Assembly: GCA_973895155.1 (NCBI GenBank)
Contig: OZ316898.1
Span: 14,538,330-14,602,329 of the forward strand
Length of the DNA stretch: 64,000 nucleotides
DNA from: Marsupella aquatica
Lineage: Eukaryota; Plantae; Marchantiophyta
Direction of reading: 5' to 3'
The stretch's first letter is position 1; the number at the start of each line of letters is the position of its first letter. This document shows, piece by piece, positions 1-11,021 of this stretch. The notes beneath the pieces were generated by a model. It was not told the origin of the DNA and made no database searches. It was given only the letters and a program-made list of their open reading frames with translations. The position numbers were made by a program, and so were the translations under genes.

Positions 1-3000
1 ATAGCAATAAAGAAATAAAAATTACTGAGGACAGGCGCATAAACCCCAATCCACAATTATCTTGAGCTATAGGTAACAACGTTTTTATGGTGGGATGGAA
101 TAGGAGAGCCAGAACCTGCAGCAGTGCCGGAAGTTCACATGCAACGGAGTGATATTCAGATTTTGTCAAACTGCCTTCAATCTAATTATGTCCACCATAC
201 ACATCCCCGCACTGTGGATACAGCCGAAGATACAGCCTATCGCTGAATTCTGTGTCCACAACTAAATTCATGAGGTGAACAGACAAAACAAATTTCTATT
301 GGTATTTAATAATAATGGCTTGCATCTCTGTTAATTAAAGGCACAAAATGGGATTTTGCAGAACCTTTACTTCAGCCATTCGGTTTTCCAAGATGTGGTA
401 AATTGTATTTGCATGGCAGGTGATGACACTTGAAGATACAAGATGCCAAGATGGTCCCCACCGAGGTCCCCACAGGGTAAAGCTTAGTTCACTAGGACCA
501 ACATATATTGACATGCGCTTGCACACTCCTTGCTTTGACTACATCATAGTTGACTAAACAAAGAATAATTTAAACTGTGTTGGAAAATGTGCAATGCAAC
601 GTGAGTCTGCAGTATCTTTCTCCAATTGTGCTCAGTTGTGAATGTGTGGTGAATGCCAATTCCCATGCCCCTTTTTTGCTACCTTTGTCCTTTTGTATGT
701 TTTCACCCAGATAGTCAGAGTACAATATTTAAATATTCTTGTGGTATTTTGTTCAGGTCAAACTTGTTTTGTCTCATATACAAACAGTGGAGTTTGGAGC
801 TTGTATTGTTGGGTACTTCCTATCCTTGTTTACCTCCAGTAATTAGAAGGACATCATATCACTGCCCTTTCTATGATTAATTTTATCTGCCAACCGTTAT
901 CCAGTTGCGACTGCTAAAGATTCTGAGATTTTCCAATAAGTATTGCACACTTCACCTTATTTCGCATTTGCAGGCAGTAGGGCATATCTTACCTTGGAGT
1001 ACTGGATCTCTCGACAAGATCTTTTTCTAAATAGAAACTCCTTTCTTGGACTTCAGTACTAGGTTGGTAATGTAATTCATTTTCAATTAAACCATTGAAT
1101 ATTTGTCTCTATATTGCAAGGAAGGTGTGCTGGCTTTCTGTTTGGCAGGGATCTGAAACTGCTGTGTGATGAAAGGTGATGCGATGCAAACTACCAAGGG
1201 TGAACATGTCTTTATTTTTTCAGGTGTGCTTTTCATCCTATATCCATTGTTAAAGTAATTCTCTGCAACCTTTGGAAAGATGCTGAGAAGCTTAGTTGCC
1301 ATTTGGCAATCTCTTGTCTTGGCTAAAATTTGTTATAAATCAATTCAAACGCAAGGAAAACATTTGGGGAGTATGTGACATATGCAGTATTAAACAATTT
1401 TGATTTACGACAACTCCAACATTTGAATCAATCATATCCGGCCAATTTTTGTTGTTGGCAATCCGTGTGTGGGATTGGAACCTGGATGGGAATCACTTTA
1501 GACGAGAGGCTTTTGTTCTTGGTCAAACTCAATTAGACTAGATCAGGCTAGAAGCTCTATACCAACTTCATCTTTGAAGCTGTCCCTGTAAATCCAAGAA
1601 GGACACTACTTTTTATGTGGAGTTCTGACAGGGACTCACATGCTTTGTGAACTTTTGTTTAACATTACTTTTTTTAACTCGTTGGCAGTGGTACGTTGGA
1701 AGTGAATTGTGTCAAAGGACGAGAGGATACAATGTACCACTGGTCCCTGTGCCACCCTAGAAAAGGTGTTTTCCTTTCTCCAAAATTATTTGTTGGTCCT
1801 AATCCCTTTGTTGGGTAACTTCTTGCATGCGCTGTTGCACTTCTGATTGATACTAGGTCCTTTGTTGACTAAGACCGGGATGACCATGTTGGCAATATTT
1901 CTGTTCAATGATTCAACTTTGGTGACAGGAGGATATTTTTGAGAGACCAAGCCATTGACCTCAATGGTTGCAAGAAGTAGTTCAGGTACATGAAGCAACA
2001 TAGGTGGTGTTTAGTTTGCTTGCACAGCATGAGTATACAGGCAATTCAAGTGAAGCTAATCAAGGTAAAGTTGTATCATCGTCTTCTAAACTTAGTACTA
2101 CTATTGCATGTGATGCTTTCATTTTGGAATTCTGCTGTATGAATCTGTAACGTGAACCAGGATGGTTGTCTAAAATTCTTGTTGCCTGTTCGTAAACTAC
2201 TTTGTAGAAGACAACTCTACAGAAGAAAGCACCTGCAGGGCTTGGCAGTGCTCAAATTTGTCAAACAAGTGACACTCATTTTTTGTGGACTCGAGGCAGA
2301 AACTGATGAGGAAGTAGGACTTGCATTTGAGACTCCTAGGGATTGAAGAAACCTATAAATTCCCATGTAGGGAATGGACATCACTGTTATAGGATAGTAA
2401 GTGTTTTTGTATTCCCACTTTTGGAAATATGTACCAGCCTTGGCATTTTTCTAATTTTGTATCGAATGATGATTCTGGGAACATTGTATTGTGTATGAAT
2501 CTGCATGTGAGTGTATGTATGATATTGCATGTGGTCCTTCTATTATTGTCCATAGATATTTAGGGTTTAGAGGTCTGGAGCTTTGAGTGAATAACTCAAA
2601 TTCTAGTGATTTAAAACATCAGATTTCTATTGTCATTCAAGTTTTATAATGAGCGACTCAAAATGCAGCGATTTGAAACAACTGAATCTACTCTCATTCA
2701 AGTTCTATAACATTTAAATCACCACTACTAAAGTGGTCTTGGACAATGGTCCTACCACTCCAATTACGGTTGTCTTACATATGATGTTTACAATCACTCA
2801 TTCCAAAGTTGTAAATTAATCATACATAACACTCGAAGCCTAGTCACATAACAAGTAGTAAAGGACACTCATCCCAAAGTTGTAAAATAATGTATAACAC
2901 TTGAAGCCTAGTCACATAACAAGTAGTAAAAAATGCATTATTATGGTTGCAAATCTAGTCATATAATAAGTTATAAAAATTGTAAACTTATAACCTCAAT

Positions 3001-3851
3001 TATAGTTATATAACAAGTCATAAAAGTATATAAAAGTTTATCGTTATTACTTCAATTCTAGATTTATACCAAGTACTAAATCAATACAACCTCAAATCTA
3101 GTTGTATGTCGAGACTTGTAACAAGTACTGAAGTATAGTTACAACCTCAAATATAGTTGTATAATAAGTGGTAAAGGTTATAATGTTATGGTTTCAATTC
3201 CAGTCATAAATGAAGTACCAAAGGTTCAAAAAGATGATTGTTATTATTTGAAATCTAGTCATATAACTAGTCATAATTTTTTTTTTGTTACAACTTCAAT
3301 TTTAGTCATATAAAATAAGTAATGAAGGTGCTAAACAATGCATCTTTACAACCCCAAATCAAGTCATATAATGTTGTCATACAGTTTGTATATAGGTACT
3401 ACTTTAACTTTAGTCATAAGAGAAGTTCTAAAGGTGCTTCCCATATTTTTGGAAAAGTTACATTGACCAAGTTGACAGTGGAGTCACATGTTACTTTCCA
3501 ATGTTCCTGGAAAAGGTACACTGACCATGTGACATCTTACCCCAATGTTTTTGGAAACTGCCACATGTCTAGTTATCATTTGTCAATAAAAGTCACAATA
3601 ATAGTTGTTTTGGACAATACCTAAATAACTATTTATTCTTGAGTTGTTTAGGACCGTTAGGCTTGAAACTGACGGTGATGTAAACTACTCAAACATTTTG
3701 AGTTATTGTTATAAACCACTCTATGCTCAAAGCAACTACTTGTCTAAAGCTACTGACATTAGTGCACTCAAACCTTTTAGTTGTAAATTGTTTGTTAATA
3801 CTCTAAAACAAGTTAATCATGTAGTGATAAAATCCCAGTTTCCTTCTAGTG
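1..3851. mobile_element. Probable terminal part of a degraded CACTA (En/Spm) element; the other end lies outside the window
   Basis: The minus strand from 3851 reads CACTAGAAGGAAACTGGGATTTT, resembling the CACTAGTAGAAA termini of the other CACTA elements here. An AGTCAT-rich subterminal-type repeat array lies internal to it, and L1 sequence starts abruptly at 3852. No partner TIR or recognisable transposase is visible. Confidence 0.45.
2790..3430. repeat. Degenerate AT-rich tandem array (about 60-bp period), core CTAGTCATATAACAAGT
   Basis: Recurrent variants of acaacctcaaatctagtcatataacaagt, e.g. near 2840, 2908, 2955, 3255 and 3303. Confidence 0.75.
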
Positions 3852-4249
3852 CTATCTAGGAAGCATTACTCTTCCTTGTGACCAAGAAGATTTGCACTTC
3901 CTCATTCCTGCCCTTGGAATGCCATCGATCCCAGCTCCACAATCAACCTCTTCTGCCAAAGTTGAAGCACCTCAAAGCTATCAATAAATTCTTCCTAGCT
4001 ATCTAGGAAGCACTAGTACTCTTCCTCGTCAAGAAGATTTGCACTTCCTCATTCCTGCCCTTGCAATGCCATCGATCTCACCTCCACAGTCAACCTCTTT
4101 TGCCAAAGTTGAAGCGCCTCAAAGCTATCAATAAATTCTTCTTGGCTATCTAGGAAGCACCACTCTTTCTCGTCGAGAAGATTTGCACTTCCTCATTATT
4201 GCCCTTGGAATGCCATAAATCCCACCTCCCCACCTCCACTATTGACCTC
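3852..4249 (+). repeat. 147-bp tandem repeat: two full units plus a third interrupted unit
   Basis: Units start ctatctaggaagc at 3852, 3999 and 4146. The third unit resumes after the insertion at about 5291 (ctcgtctgccaatgctaaagcac). Confidence 0.9.
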
Positions 4250-5290
4250 GAGTCGCAGAACTCGACTACCTTAACACTTAGCTCCGGCGTCGCTAACTCT
4301 GACGCGCGAGCTCCCTTATGGTCCAGGCCCGGATAGGCCATCCGGGGAGGGCTTAGCATGGAGAGACTTGTGGGCAATGAGACGTGGTGCTAGCGAAGGC
4401 AAGGAGCCAAGCTGGTGACACACACTAAGCACTTAGGCGACACTAAGGTAAAACATGCCAAACGGAAACGGCGATATCTTCCCAACGGGAAGTCCGTTGG
4501 AGGACTTCTTGGGTATGTTGGAAAGCTCTTAGCTGTTGGGGGAGCCATGGGTTCTTGGGTGTTGTTGCACTCAGCTGGGTTTGGGGGAGCCATGGGTTCT
4601 TCAGGTTTGTGGGTGTTAGCTCACCCGCTTGCCAAATCCTACCGAAACAGCAGCCAAGCCGCGTTCAGTCTCCCAAGGGAGCTTGCATTGGGGAGGCAAG
4701 GCCAAGTAGGCATGGAGGTTAAGTTCCGAGGGTGCTTGGCCCCGAGACCATCAGTGGGGCAAACCAGGAGTTGGTTGCTAGAGTCGGGGCCATTCTCGTC
4801 CCGGCGTGTTGGGACAAGCTTGGGGCAAGCTTTAGGACAAGCTACGCTAATTGGGCCATGAGCATGTCCTAGGGTCAAGGCAGTCAGTTGGTGATGGATA
4901 GGTACAAGGAGGAACCCTGGCCGCGCCCAAGGAAGGAGTTATTCTGGACGAACAATGGGCGTGGGTTCTGGTTCCGACTTATGGCATCAGGAGGACCTAT
5001 TGCTGACCTATTTACCAACGTCTGTTGAGCTTGAGTTAGGATGCTAGACTTGGCAAGTTCTAATTCTGAAGGGTTACTTATCGAGGTGCTTGGTTGCTTG
5101 TGCAATCAGTGAGGACCGTTGAGTAGCGGTCGTGTTGGTGAGCAAGACAGTGCGGCTTCGTATGGGAGGGGCCGCGGGTTGGTGCAAAGGGTACTAGGTT
5201 GCTTGCTCGAGGTATTCCGTGGAGGCGTTCGGGCACTTAGGCGTGGGTGCTGGGATCGGTGAGGGCGTTGGGTGGCGAGGTCCACCACTC
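4250..5290 (+). mobile_element. Small non-autonomous element, copy A (ends GAGTCGC...CACCACTC)
   Basis: Interrupts a 147-bp repeat unit. Flanked by c-CTC / CTC-g (3-bp TSD, or 5-bp CCTCG if the ends are AGT...ACT). Homologous to copy B in inverted orientation. Confidence 0.8.
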
Positions 5291-6554
5291 CTCGTCTGCC
5301 AATGCTAAAGCACATAAAATCTCTCAAAATTAAGTTTCTAGGAATCTAAGACACGACAAAAGTTTCTCGTGAACATTTGCATTTTGGTGTTCCTCAAGGT
5401 CCTTGATTCCTCACACAAGCATATGTTGTTTGATATAACAATTTATCAACAAATTCAGTATTGCACATCATTCCCCTTTGTGTGCCATGTATGCAAGGAG
5501 CTGGGACACGTTGGCTCTAATTGTCCTAGGTTGGATACACCATCTGAATGTGGCAAAGGAAAAAACAAGATGGGCATTCCATATATGGCGGCACAAATAG
5601 TTCAGCAAATTTCCCTCGCTCTCTTTCAGGAAGGGAATATCCGAGCAGACCCAGGCACTAGTGAAGAAGTGGTCTTTGGTCATACTGGCCCTTTGGTCTC
5701 AAATGCACAGTTTGAGAGGTTGTTAACCATATCAGTAATCAATCACTCATATCAATTTAGCTCGATCAGCGTCCTCGCCAAGCGCGGCCTACCTGAGTAC
5801 CTTTATTGGCTGCATTGAGTCCCTTTGGCGACCTGTGCTGGACTCCTTCAACCAATGACAGTTTCAATACTCTAAATCCACAACTCAGCAACCTTGCATG
5901 CTAAGTTGCTTCAGCGGCAGTACGTACTGAGTCACTTTGGGCAATATTTGACAACCCTTGCCTAGTCCTTCAAAATATGATGGCTTCAATACTCTAGGTC
6001 CACAACTCAATGACCTTGTTGAGTCACTTCCAAATCTATTTGTAATCAAGTCTGATATCTTTGACTGGTACTTGATATCTATGAGGGGTACTTGATATGG
6101 TTGCAACACTCATAGTTTGAATATTTGTTGCCGAAATGCAGGGCCAAATGATCCCTTCTTTCAGCCTTTGTACAACAACATCAAAGACACCTTGCCAAAT
6201 GCTCTATCATAACCAAAGAATAATTTGATGCACAACCAGTGATTATAATTAGTACTTACCCCTCATGCAACATACATTAATCAGCCAAAGAACTTGTTGA
6301 AACATACAGAGGGGAAGATATTCCATATAGTTTTGTTAATGGGTCATACAACCCCTACAAAATCAGTTAGCAGTACTGTGGGAGGAGTATTCCTCTTCCT
6401 ACCAGCTGCCATGATATAATTATCCAGGCATAATTATTCACCCCAAGTCTATGAGTCAAGGGCTCTTCAATTCATTGGCGGACAATGACAATCTAGTTAA
6501 GTACTCAGCCATCTCACTCCTTGGTAGTGTCTCCGCCATATCCATGGAGGCATA

Positions 6555-7887
6555 GAGTGGTGGACCTAGCCATCCAGCACCCTCACCAATCCCAGCACCC
6601 ATGCCTAAGTGCCCCTGGTGCTTGAGCCCCTTCGCGGAATACGTCGAGCAAGCAACCTGATGCCCCTTGCACCACCAGCAGCCCCTCCCATACGAAGCCA
6701 CCAGGGAAGCCTCACTTGATCTCCAACATAACCACTAGTCAACGGTCCTCATTATCTACACAAGAAACCAAGCGTCTCGATAAAGAACCCCTCAGGATCC
6801 AGATTTCCCAAGTCTAGCATCCTAACTCAAGCCCAACAAACATTAGTAAGTAGGTCAGCGATAGGTCCTCCCAATATCATAAGCTAGAACCAGAACTAAC
6901 ACCCACTATTCATCCAGAACAGCCCCTTCCTTGGGTGCAGCCTAGGTTCCCCCTCGTACCTATCCATCACCAACTGACCGCCCTACCCCCACAACATTCT
7001 CATGGCCCAATTAGCGTAGCTTGTCCTAAAGCTTATCCCAACACGCTAGGACCAGAATGGCCCCGATTATAGCAACCAACTCCCATTTCTTGCCTCACTA
7101 ATGGTCTAGGGGCCAAGTGCCCTTGGAACTCTACCTCCACGCCTACTTGGCCTTGCCTCCCCAACACAAGCTCCCTTGAAAGACCAAACACGGCTTGGCT
7201 ATTGTTTTGGCAGGATTTGGCAAGCAGGCCTCCGCAAGCCCCATGAATCTATGGCACCCCTAGACCCAGCTGAACTCAGGAGGATGTAGCCCATTGGGAA
7301 CCCCCAGACCAACTTTGGTCCCCACCTGGACCCCAACCCGCATGTCCCCCACCTAGACCCCAACCCCCATGTCTGGGCGCCCCACCAACTCGCAATGCCC
7401 ATAACTTTCTAGTTAGGCGTTCGCAAGCGGAGTGCCTTGGCCCGTTGTGATCAGGCTGACCCAATGCTCATGCCTAGGCCCTCAGATCCCATCATTTTCC
7501 GGGGCCCCCGATTGGCCAAACCTGGATCGGGCCATAACTCGCGCCCCAAGCGTACGGTGCCCATGGAGTCAACTCCATTGGCCTTGGGCCCAAGAGGAGC
7601 TCTCACTCAAGCCCTTAGAACTCAAAGTCAATCCCGGGGGTCCGGACGATCGACCTTGAGCCCGGCCTTTTTTCCCTTGACCCGACCAGCCCTCAGCTAG
7701 TCTAAGTCCTTAGTGTGTGTCACTAGCTTAGTGCCTTGCCTTCGTCAGTGCCACGCCCTATTGCCCACAAGTCTCCCCATGCTAAGTCCTCCCCGGATGG
7801 CCTATCCGGTCTTGGACCGTAAGGGAGCTCGGTGTCGAAGTCAGCGACGCCGGAGCTAAGTGTTAAGGTAGTCGAGTTTTGCGACTC
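6555..7887 (-). mobile_element. Small non-autonomous element, copy B (inverted relative to copy A)
   Basis: The reverse complement begins gagtcgcaaaactcgactaccttaacacttagctccggcgtcgct, as copy A does. Flanked by c-ATA / ATA-g (or 5-bp CATAG at 6551-6555 and 7887-7891). Confidence 0.8.
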
Positions 7888-8049
7888 ATAGACATATCAT
7901 TCAGCAAAAATATGGGGATACCTCCCTTAACTCCTCTGCCAAGACAATGCAAAGTGACACAATATGTTAACTCCTATAATAAAGGGTTGTGTGCACCATT
8001 TTTTGAAGCGGTTGTCATTTAAAAAATGAGAAATCCTGACAGAAAGAAG

Positions 8050-9291
8050 GAATAAAGCCAAAAATTGAACTTAGTTTAGGGCAAAAGAGTCACACCATGG
8101 TTACAAGGAGAATCAAATGAGATAAACTAAAACAAGGTAAGTCTATAGTATATAACACAGTGCCCAAGAGCAAAATGTCAAACCGGGAGACAAGATCCCA
8201 AAGGCAAAGCAACCCAATGAAGGGGAGGAAAAAAGGGGAAAGGGCCCCAAGAAAAAACACGCCAAGGGGTCCCAAACCCAAAAACCAACAAAAAAGTAAC
8301 CTGTAAAGGAGCCATGAAAGCTAAAACCCGACTGAGCGGAGAACTGAAAAGCCTGGTAGAGCTCCGGAGTAAATTGCAAAGGAGGGTCCCAAATTAAGCG
8401 AAACTTGACAGGAGGCCCTAATACCAACTGCCTTAGCCCTATGTACAAAGTAAGGTGAAAGCCGAGGCCCGTTGAAGAGCCACAGACACCCGACCCACCG
8501 CCAAAAAAAGGAGGTGAGGACAAAAACAGGGGGAAAGGCCTCCTTTCAATACAATAAAGAGCACAGGCCCAAAGGAAGTGGTTGAAGGTAGGGTGGAGGG
8601 CACCAAAAACTTCAAGGGCAAAGGGGTAGAAAATATCTCTCGGGTAGCAAACTGCATAGGCCTCCTCCTTGAGCCAGGCCACGTTGGCTGCTACATGGCC
8701 AGGCACATGGGCAGCCACTGCAACATGGCTACCCCCGATAGGGTCAACAACAGCCACATCCCCAAGAACACGAACCCCAACCCTAGAAATGACCAGATCC
8801 GCTTGCCGCCGATCAAGAATTGAGACCATCTTGAGTGGGGAGGACATGTTGTTGCTCCATGGCAACCAGGTAACCAAAGTCCCGGGCAATGGCAGCCACC
8901 ACGTCCCAAATATCATCATGAGTGGCAGTCTTCTCACTCCCATGCCCACACTTGAGAATATGAACTCCCAACGAATCCAACGACGCCCCACAAACACACG
9001 TGGGTTGGCCAAGGAGGCAAGGGTGAGGAAGTCTCAACCTAAGGTGCAATGAAGTGGTAAAGCAGAAGGAGCTCATACAAAATGGGGCCCACAAAGGACT
9101 AGCAGGCAGCCACACTCCAAAACCAGCTCCCGCACAAGAAAGGAGGTGAGCCCAAACTGAGTCAGATGGTGTAACTATGGGAGCATGCTGGAAAGGGTGC
9201 GACGGTGCATGTATTCAGAAATCACCTGTTGGACACGGTCCGGACTATCCAGAACCACCTCCATAAAGTTCAGAACAGTAGCTTGCACAAC
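8050..9291 (-). mobile_element. 3' half of a CRE-like non-LTR retrotransposon (CCHC finger + restriction-like endonuclease), decayed
   Basis: CVCGASLDSLGVHILKC...HDDIWD (zinc finger) in ORF 8813-9115. RQADL...DVAVVDP...KEEAY...FYPFALEVFGAL (RLE motif) in ORF 8143-9012. Frameshifted; the 3' boundary is approximate. Confidence 0.75.
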
Positions 9292-10965
9292 TGTCGTATA
9301 GCCAGAAGAACCAAAAGGAACACTTTTTACATAAAGACTCGGAATTCGATCCCTTTAAGAACAGATTTGGAAAGAATTGAATGAATTTATCTCTCTGAGT
9401 AATCTAAAGCTCTCAGCACATAGATTTCTTGTTTCTCACTAAAAGATCAAATAAACAAAACACCAAAGTAAATAAACTTCTGTCTTATGAGTCAAGAGAG
9501 AATAATTTATGGTCTGAAAACTCTGATTAGCTATTGCCACTCCTTCAAAAAGGACTATGGTCTTAGAATAGACATAAAACAAGTCTCATAACTCACTAAT
9601 TTCTCTCCTGACTAAATAAAATTGCATGATAAGGAATTTCCAATTTGCTAAACAAGTACTGCTCTGGTTACAAATGTAATGATATGACTTAAGATGCCGG
9701 CAACATGGTTTGACATCAGCGATACGCAATTCCGTCAAACACTAAATCATATTCCATAAACAAAGTAACGGTACTGAATACTCTGAGAACCAAACTTTAC
9801 TTCTCACATATCAAACAACAACTCTTGAATTAGCTAGCGAATCTTGACCCTTCAAGCAAGCCTAACAGTGAATTCAATGTAAGTCACAGAAGCTTGTAAC
9901 TGAATTCAAGTATCAAGAAATTTCTTGAATTCATAAATTCAAACATAAGTTTTGCTTCCATACAAGACTTCTCTTGTTAAAATGGAAGGATGGGAAACTA
10001 ACAGAAGTCTGATTGGAATTGTCCCCCCCTTTGGTAAAGGATAAACCATGAGGTTTTATAGGTAAAGGTTCCCTTAACTGAAAAGGCATGACTTTTCAAA
10101 CCTCAAATATCTAAAAGACAATCCTAAAAGAAATAAAGAAATGCATTGGAGACTTAGTGGACGCTTTGTAGAGCGTCCGTGTTTTCTGGTAAAACTAATA
10201 AACAGTGGTTTTAATCTAATTTTAACTTCTAAACTAAAAGTTGGAATGAGCTGAAACTTTTCTAGAGTACTCTACTACATATAATCTCTATGCTGGTAAA
10301 GTTTCAGACTTTTCTGAGACTTCTAAGTGCCTCAAATAAATTGGCAAAAGTGGTGCGGTGTTATGAAAGTGCGGAAATCAGAAATATTTCTAAGTGTCGG
10401 GAAGATAGTGGACGCTTCAGAAAGCGTCGATTGGATTTTGGTGTTTTGGTCGCGGCGTCCGTCTTCCGGCCTTCAGGTGGGACGCTTCAGAAAGCGGCGG
10501 AGTCTGTCTTGGCGGACGCTTCAGAAAGCGTCGATTCTGCTTTGTCTTCGAACACGGCCGAACAGTCAAGGCGTCACTTCTCATGTGGACGCTTCAGAAA
10601 GCGTCTCATCGGACTTTGGGGTAGCGGACGCTTCAGAAAGCGTCTTAAAGCGTCCGGTGTCTGGTTCAAATAGACGCTTCAGGAAGCGTCTTAAGTTCTG
10701 TGGTATCGGTGAAGGACGGCTCAAAAAGCGTCGTGGTTAAGGGGGTCGCATCTGGTTGGCAGCACACATGGACGCCTCAGCTGTCTTGGGATTTATTGGC
10801 TTTGTAACTGGGGACGCTTCAGAAAGCGTCCTTAGTTAGACTGAAGTGAGTTAACCGCCAAATGGAAAGTAGACGCTTCAGAAAGCGTCGTTTTTGCTCA
10901 AAAAGTTTGAAACGATTCAGATTTTTCTCTTATGGTCGTGTTTCAGCAAAAGTCTCCTTTCCACA
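9292..10965 (-). repeat. 3' LTR of the Athila-like element (1674 bp)
   Basis: Direct repeat of 21362-23035 (offset 12070). Starts tgtcgtata and ends ttccaca. Confidence 0.97.
10159..10890. repeat. Cluster of palindromic GGACGCTTCAGAAAGCGTC motifs in the LTR U3 (also at 22229-22960)
   Basis: About 8 near-perfect copies plus variants (e.g. 10410, 10480, 10514, 10587, 10626, 10672, 10812, 10872). GACGCTT/AAGCGTC forms a 7-bp inverted repeat. Confidence 0.9.
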
Positions 10966-10980
10966 TAGCCCTCCACTCAA
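10966..10980 (-). promoter_or_regulatory. Terminal polypurine tract (PPT)
   Basis: Minus strand TTGAGTGGAGGGCTA immediately before the 3' LTR. Confidence 0.9.
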
Positions 10981-11021
10981 AATTCGCTGTGTCCGCACAA
11001 GAAGTGAAATAATATACTTGA

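Larger units (their letters stand above)
3852..5900 (+). pseudogene. L1-type LINE ORF1 remnant (DUF4283/zf-CCHC-like), partly triplicated and interrupted by the element at 4250-5290
   Basis: Fragments LPLECH..., LKHIKSLKIKFLGI and ICILVFL, plus QIQY...CHVCKELGHVGSNCP (zinc knuckle) in ORF 5369-5818. Stops and frameshifts are present. Confidence 0.6.

Noticed and set aside
1-2560. Minus-strand coding remnants (possibly transposon-derived)
   Set aside because: Only short broken ORFs, with no motif I can confidently assign.
2723-3826. Small CACTA MITE bounded by CACTAC...GTAGTG
   Set aside because: Only 6 bp match and there is no TSD.
4250-7887. One large Mutator/foldback element with 1-kb TIRs
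   Set aside because: There is no shared outer TSD. Each arm has its own target duplication, so these are two insertions.
10290-10740. Duplicated ORFs with GRFRKR/DASESV repeats (also 22360-22810)
   Set aside because: These are translation by-products of the DNA motif array in the LTRs.
10400-10890. CRISPR-like array (palindromic repeats with variable spacers)
   Set aside because: The repeat is only about 19 bp, the spacing is irregular, it lies inside eukaryotic LTRs, and there are no cas genes.
10410-10890. Heat-shock elements in the LTR motif (TTCAGAA)
   Set aside because: The spacing is TTC-n-GAA, not the canonical TTC-nn-GAA.
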